A stretch of DNA of 64,000 nt from Barthelona sp. PCE. Lineage: Eukaryota. The DNA is taken from NCBI GenBank assembly GCA_040285745.1, contig JAUFOR010000003.1, positions 124,001 to 188,000 on the forward strand. The letters are read 5' to 3'. This document shows positions 58,523-64,000 of the stretch, piece by piece (position 1 is the stretch's first letter; every line of letters starts with the position of its first letter). The notes under the pieces were generated by a model. That model was not told the DNA's origin and searched no databases. It saw only the letters and a program-made list of their open reading frames with translations. Made by a program: the position numbers and the translations under genes.

Positions 58523-60850
58523 ATGGGTTCATTTTCTAAGCTTTTCAAAAAGCACACGTTAGAAGCATCGAAGGACAGATCCTTCATCATATTCGAGGTC
58601 ACGATCACTCTGCTGTTCCTGATTCTCATCCCTGCTTCACGTTCTCTCATCGAGCAACTAAACCCTGATTTGATAAGCAGACACGTTCCTGCTAACATGG
58701 ATCCTGCCGTCAGCGTACTCAATGGCTCTCTTGCAGGCACAATCCCAGTTTACTTCCCTACTTCCATCGCAGCTGATGTTGGTTCCCTCCAGCCAGGCTC
58801 CTGTTCTGGTTTTCTGTGTGACACTAAACTTGTTTGGTCAAGTGGATCACTCGCTGTGCCCAACTTCACACCTTCTTATTCGGTTAAACGCTCACTCGAA
58901 CAGTTTATCGTCGATGAATGGTTCGACCTAGATCCCACGTTCCCAACGTACGGTTCCATCCTTGAAATCAGCGAATTCTCGTTGACTGGATCCACCGAAT
59001 TCATTATTCACGAGAACCAGACTAATCCTATTGGACCTTTACGCATGACCGACGCTGCTTCAACGATTATGAAAGGTTGGGTTAAACAGAAGGTCGCGAA
59101 GGATATCGAGTTCAGCACACAGGTGTTCCCTTCAGATGCAACAACCGTCGGTATTAACATCGAGGTTCAAATGCTGGGACCATACATGCTGTACCTCCTC
59201 CTGTTCCCTATGCCTTTTATTGTCACCATGATTGTTAACGAAAAGGTCAAGGGTATGAAGGACCTCCTGCTGTCTTCTGGTCTTCGTAACTCTACATATT
59301 GGCTAGCTTGTCTTTCTTTCTCCATGTGCTTTTGTCTCGCCTCAAACGCACTGCTTTACATCATCGGATTCTCCCTTCGACTTGATTTCTTCGTACATAC
59401 AAGCTTCTGGTTGATTCTACTAATGTTTATTATCTGGGATATGTTTTTGGTCATGACGTCTGTTTTTATCGCTTCTTTCTTTTCTTCTGCACGCTTCGTT
59501 GCACTCATCTCATTCATCGTTGTATTTATGGTTTCTGAACCCTCGAGCGGTACCGCAATGCTCGCCCTGGGTCCTGAAGAAGTCTCTGATATTCTTCTCA
59601 TTCCAACGATTGCCATCACCAAGATCTGCACACATATGAATGCACTCGCTGTGGACGGAGACGTTGAATTATCCCGACTCACTGAAGGTGGTACTCTCAC
59701 AGAATACTATAAGCACTTGCTCCTAGGTATTCTTCTGTGTGGTATCATCTATGCTTTCATCATCCTTCTCCGCATTCTGAATTCCAAGCGTAAGAACCGT
59801 ACTGTCTACGATGGTGATGCCATTGTCAACAACGCTACGGTGTCCATCGCCGCTGACCTACTCGAGGTCGAGGAGCAGAACGCAATGAGTAACGAGGGTG
59901 TTATCACCATCAAACATGCTGTCGTACAGTACCCCGAGATGGATCGTCCTGCTGTCAATAACCTCTCGTTCGTCTGCCACAAGGGTGAGATCACCGTCCT
60001 CGCTGGTATCAACGGTGCCGGTAAGTCATCACTGTGTAAGGCCATCAGTGGTATCAACAAGCTCAGCAACGGTGACATCATTGTTGATGGCTGTTCTGTC
60101 AACAACGATATCCAGGGTGTCCGTCAGAAGCTCGGTGTATGTCCTCAAGATTCGATCTTCTGGCCTTCTTTGAGCGCCAGACTTCATTTAGAGGTGTTTG
60201 GTACGATCAGAGGCTCAAAAGGAGAAGTGCTTGAGAAGGAAATCGATGATTTGCTGGAGCAGATGAATTTGTCAGAACACGCAAACAGACCTGTGAAGGG
60301 TTTCTCAGGCGGTATGAAGCGTCGTCTTGTTGCTGCCATGGCATTTGTCGGAGATCCAGACATCCTTGTCCTTGATGAAGTGTCAACTTCTCTCTCTCCC
60401 GATCTCGCCATTGAGTTGCAATCTTATGTACGTAAAATCGCAAAAGACAAAACTGTCATTTTGACAACTCATTCAATTTCAGAAGTCGAAGCTCTAGCCG
60501 ATAAGATCTATCTCATCAGTAATGGCTCCCCTATTGCAGTTGGAACTACACAAGAGCTGAAGAAGCGCTTTGGCGACGGTTACAACGTCGTTCTAGTTGG
60601 TGAAACCGGCGAAGATGTTACACCGAAGGCAGACATCTTCAAGAACGAGTTCCAAACTGCAGAACTTGTTGATATCAAGGATAAAACTGCTTCTTTCCGG
60701 GTTTCTGATGTTGCAGTCAGTGAACTCTTCAGGTTCTTGTCAGACATGACCATTAACCACTTTTCTGTTTCATACACTTCCTTGCAGGACGTTTTGAGCA
60801 ACCTAGTTGCTCAACAATCTTCTTCTGCTACTGATTCTGCAAAGGAATAA
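58523..60850 (+). CDS. Half-size ABCA-family transporter
   Basis: TMD plus one NBD: GINGAGKS, LGVCPQD, FSGGMKRRL, LVLDE, LTTHS, LKKRFG. Confidence 0.92.
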   Translation: MGSFSKLFKKHTLEASKDRSFIIFEVTITLLFLILIPASRSLIEQLNPDLISRHVPANMDPAVSVLNGSLAGTIPVYFPTSIAADVGSLQPGSCSGFLCDTKLVWSSGSLAVPNFTPSYSVKRSLEQFIVDEWFDLDPTFPTYGSILEISEFSLTGSTEFIIHENQTNPIGPLRMTDAASTIMKGWVKQKVAKDIEFSTQVFPSDATTVGINIEVQMLGPYMLYLLLFPMPFIVTMIVNEKVKGMKDLLLSSGLRNSTYWLACLSFSMCFCLASNALLYIIGFSLRLDFFVHTSFWLILLMFIIWDMFLVMTSVFIASFFSSARFVALISFIVVFMVSEPSSGTAMLALGPEEVSDILLIPTIAITKICTHMNALAVDGDVELSRLTEGGTLTEYYKHLLLGILLCGIIYAFIILLRILNSKRKNRTVYDGDAIVNNATVSIAADLLEVEEQNAMSNEGVITIKHAVVQYPEMDRPAVNNLSFVCHKGEITVLAGINGAGKSSLCKAISGINKLSNGDIIVDGCSVNNDIQGVRQKLGVCPQDSIFWPSLSARLHLEVFGTIRGSKGEVLEKEIDDLLEQMNLSEHANRPVKGFSGGMKRRLVAAMAFVGDPDILVLDEVSTSLSPDLAIELQSYVRKIAKDKTVILTTHSISEVEALADKIYLISNGSPIAVGTTQELKKRFGDGYNVVLVGETGEDVTPKADIFKNEFQTAELVDIKDKTASFRVSDVAVSELFRFLSDMTINHFSVSYTSLQDVLSNLVAQQSSSATDSAKE

Positions 60851-60925
60851 CCCCAAATAAATTATTTTCATTATTTTTCATTACATTAACCAGAAAGCAA
60901 CTTTTTTACTATGTTAATTATTAAG

Positions 60926-61984
60926 TTAGAAGCTCTCTGTATCACTATCTTCTTCCTCAGCTGTCACATCGTTAATAATTATACTAGTGACAGGCTTCTC
61001 GTGCCCTTGGAAAGATAATATGGCAGTGTCACTCTCCAGGTCATAAACATTCACACAGCAATCTGAGCTACCCGTAACAATAAACTCACTGTTGCTGTTA
61101 AACTCTACATCGAATACCCAATCCCTGTGACCAACAAAAGTGTTCACTGGCTTCAAACCGTCCAGTATATTGTACACCTTAGCGGTACAATCAGCACTGG
61201 CTGTTGCAAAATACATATTAAGTGGGCACACACACACCTTTAGCAAATACTTCTTATGAGGCTTGAACCGTGTATGTAGAATCCATCCAGAGTCGCAAAC
61301 GTCGATATCGGGCGTGGGGATGCGTGGTTTCATCAGCAATGGTAACATGTCACTCTCATCCTTACGCTGGTGAGTGGGAATCGAAATGTAAGGTAAGAAA
61401 TGCTCATCTTCCTGGGAAATAGTGCTAAAAACAAGCACCTCCCCGTCCCTCATGCCGACAAAAACCAGAACACCGTCTGAGGTCGCTGAAATAGACTGAA
61501 CTGAAACACCTAACTTAACGTTAATGACGTGGCTAACCTCTGAACTCTTTAAATTGATGATATGGATGCGACCGTCTGATGTTCCGGCGACAACTATGCC
61601 ATACACGGGCAGAACGCATACGCAATTCACTGGCGTCTGTAAATCGAATGTGGTGGGAATTGTTCGGTCTTGGAAGTTCCAGAACTTGACTGTTCCGTCC
61701 TCGGAGCTCGAAATAACAAACTGAGATCGTGGATAGAACTTAACGTCTGTAACATTACCGCTATGATGCTGAAACGTTTCTATGGCCTTATCGTACTCAT
61801 AAAGCATGATCTTATAGATCGCGCTGGCGCCGCCTGCAACTAGAAAGTCCTGCTCCTCAGAAAGAGCAAGACAATTTATCTGACTCTTTCCCTGTATATG
61901 AAATTTGTGCTCCTCAGTGTGGTCTGTCACGCTCCACAGCCGAATCGTTGAGTCAAAGCCCGTTGATGCGAGTGTTATCGACAT
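60926..61984 (-). CDS. LST8: TOR complex subunit LST8
   Basis: LASTGFDSTIRLW, SQINCL, HSGNVT, SSEDGTVKFW, ATASADCTAKVY, GHRDWVFD, VTGSSD, GHEKPV...ND. Confidence 0.88.
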   Translation of the reverse strand: MSITLASTGFDSTIRLWSVTDHTEEHKFHIQGKSQINCLALSEEQDFLVAGGASAIYKIMLYEYDKAIETFQHHSGNVTDVKFYPRSQFVISSSEDGTVKFWNFQDRTIPTTFDLQTPVNCVCVLPVYGIVVAGTSDGRIHIINLKSSEVSHVINVKLGVSVQSISATSDGVLVFVGMRDGEVLVFSTISQEDEHFLPYISIPTHQRKDESDMLPLLMKPRIPTPDIDVCDSGWILHTRFKPHKKYLLKVCVCPLNMYFATASADCTAKVYNILDGLKPVNTFVGHRDWVFDVEFNSNSEFIVTGSSDCCVNVYDLESDTAILSFQGHEKPVTSIIINDVTAEEEDSDTESF

Positions 61985-62015
61985 TAAGGAAAGAATTTCA
62001 AAAACATATGTTTAC

Positions 62016-64000
62016 TTAATCTGTTACAGTAATGAGATCGTCCACAACCATCAATATGACGTCTTCGAGGTATTCGTCCACAAATTTATCCAAAAACTTT
62101 TCCAACTCAACAGTCACCTGTCGATCAACAACTCTCTCAACCATACCACCCAATTGCTGTATGTTAGCTGTAAAGTCAGACTCTGTGGCGGCCAGTATGC
62201 TTGCATCGAAGCTCTCAGATGCAAATTCAAAGAAAAAACAAACCTTTCTAAACAAAACTATACACTGCTCTAAATTCGTGTAAGAAGACAACATAGAGTT
62301 AAGATTAAACCGAAGCATATCATACACGGGGTACAAACTGTTAATTTTCTTTGATTTACGAGCAAAAACATTGAAAACAAACGTAGCTTGCTTCTCTAAC
62401 TGGTTCCAATAATTCTTAAGCAATCCAAATTTGATATCAATAGTTGCGGAGGGAAGCCCAAACGTTGCATTTTCGTTAGATATGAAGCTGAATGGGATCT
62501 GTAACACACGGAACAAGAGCGGGAAGAAGCACTCGGATTTCAAGAAGGTTTGGAAAAATATTGCGTTTCTGGAATCACTTGAAGTCTCTCTCTCTTCTTC
62601 TCCACTGTGTCCGACCTCCATCGTCTCGCAGCTGATGTGGCAGCAGTCGACAAACCAGTCCAATATCTGCAAATCCGATGCAAACAGCACTGATCGAACG
62701 AAAATACGGAAATCATCCAAATCGAGCATGACCTTTGACGGGTTGATCGTTTCGACGTCGTTCTTGAAGTACTCGCTGCTCAGAACCCAGTTGCGTTTCA
62801 ACGTACGAAGACAGTCAGTCTTTGCTTTGCTGTAACACTTCATGAGAAAGTGCAGCATTGAGTCCATCTTGATCTTTGACACGTCGATACCCCCGAAGCT
62901 GACCGTTGTCCCGGTGTATAAACGTCGAAGGCTGTTAATATAACTACTAACAATGTCCATTGGTTGCGAAATGAAAAGCTGCTGCACAACGGACTCTGCC
63001 TTCAGTGAACTGACATATGTCTTCTTTTTATCCATGAACGATCCGGAATCGGAGTCTATTATGAAGAATGCGTTAAGATAAAACAAAACAAAGTCGCAAG
63101 AAAAAGTACCGTCCAAGATCGAGAGGAAATCTCTGTTAAAGAAGACCTTTGACTTCGTCAGACCAAGGAAATATGCAGCAAGCGCGGTCTCGGAGGCGCG
63201 AATCGTCTCGTACGAGGTAAAAAAAATGGAATAAATAATTTTCGAAATTGAACGGATGCCAAGCATCATATTATCAGATCTAAATACGTCTGCACGTTCG
63301 AAAAGACCGTTAAACGGGATATAGAAAAACACAATCTGGCGCATAAGTTTGACTGTCAGATCCGTGACGACTTCGTCCTCAAAAGGAGTAATAGTCTTGA
63401 GATTAACATTTGTTGCAAATAATGATAGCAACTCTGCTTTTCTTTTACGCGATAGGCGAACGTCTTCGTTACGCTTATGCTCCTCCAAGGCAGTCTGACG
63501 CGCTTCTTCGACTCGCATCAACGTTTGGTGGAACTCTTCTCGAAGATCGTTATCAGTCAACCACTTTCTCTTCTCTTTCTCACGAAGTCGCTGATCCTCT
63601 CCTACAGCTCCCTCGTCGACTTCAACCTCTCCATCACTCAATTCCTCACTGGAGGTCTCCAACTCCTCCCATTCATAATTGTCGTCTGGGATAATGTCTA
63701 ACTCAGGTACATGTTCAAGTTCCGACAGTGACTGGTGCTCGTACATGCTCCTAGCCGAATTTTGTGTATGATGAGACCTGGCACTGAGTCGCGCATCCTC
63801 TTCTTGCAACTCCTTAACCGAGCGCATGCCGCGGACACTCGCCGGAATCTCCTCTTCTTCTTCTTCTTCGCGGAAGCTCAGAACAGATGTGTTTGATGCC
63901 GTTCTCTTGATATTACCCTTGCTCTTTCGGCTGACTAACTGAGGCTTACTCTTCGAAGTCTCTCTATCAATCTCCTTCATAGGGTCGTCCTCGTCGTCAA
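62016..64000 (-). CDS. Hypothetical protein; frame stays open to the window edge, so probably 5'-truncated
   Basis: 654-aa ORF from 63980; upstream codons (DDEDDP) are in frame without a stop. Acidic N-terminal part and helical C-terminal part. Confidence 0.7.
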   Translation of the reverse strand, partial: DDEDDPMKEIDRETSKSKPQLVSRKSKGNIKRTASNTSVLSFREEEEEEEIPASVRGMRSVKELQEEDARLSARSHHTQNSARSMYEHQSLSELEHVPELDIIPDDNYEWEELETSSEELSDGEVEVDEGAVGEDQRLREKEKRKWLTDNDLREEFHQTLMRVEEARQTALEEHKRNEDVRLSRKRKAELLSLFATNVNLKTITPFEDEVVTDLTVKLMRQIVFFYIPFNGLFERADVFRSDNMMLGIRSISKIIYSIFFTSYETIRASETALAAYFLGLTKSKVFFNRDFLSILDGTFSCDFVLFYLNAFFIIDSDSGSFMDKKKTYVSSLKAESVVQQLFISQPMDIVSSYINSLRRLYTGTTVSFGGIDVSKIKMDSMLHFLMKCYSKAKTDCLRTLKRNWVLSSEYFKNDVETINPSKVMLDLDDFRIFVRSVLFASDLQILDWFVDCCHISCETMEVGHSGEEERETSSDSRNAIFFQTFLKSECFFPLLFRVLQIPFSFISNENATFGLPSATIDIKFGLLKNYWNQLEKQATFVFNVFARKSKKINSLYPVYDMLRFNLNSMLSSYTNLEQCIVLFRKVCFFFEFASESFDASILAATESDFTANIQQLGGMVERVVDRQVTVELEKFLDKFVDEYLEDVILMVVDDLITVTD

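Overview
Gene-dense, apparently intron-poor eukaryotic DNA in the standard genetic code, with about 30 protein genes, very short intergenic gaps and some convergent overlaps. The gene content points to an anaerobic flagellated protist, probably a metamonad (inference): beta-COP, importin-11, LST8, mucolipin, SF-assemblin/beta-giardin, SPATA4-like, Sfi1-like, SUN-domain, GPI EtN-P transferase and Pcc1, plus prokaryote-type AdhE, Fe-ADH, CPBP and HAD genes. The most unusual signal is an uncharacterised family of ~710-aa beta-rich proteins starting MPRVRK, present three times (11850-13970, 32929-35064, 36026-38155). The copies alternate constant and hypervariable blocks, and their nucleotide-identical patches switch partners between copies. 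They lie in two cassettes bounded by shared direct repeats, with non-coding flanks better conserved than the coding sequence. The repeat contains a 52-55 nt GT-AG intron-like segment inside a small, mostly decayed antisense ORF, and a solo repeat fragment lies upstream of adhE. No transposase, integrase, reverse transcriptase, tRNA, rRNA or CRISPR array was recognised. All identities were read by eye; no searches were run.
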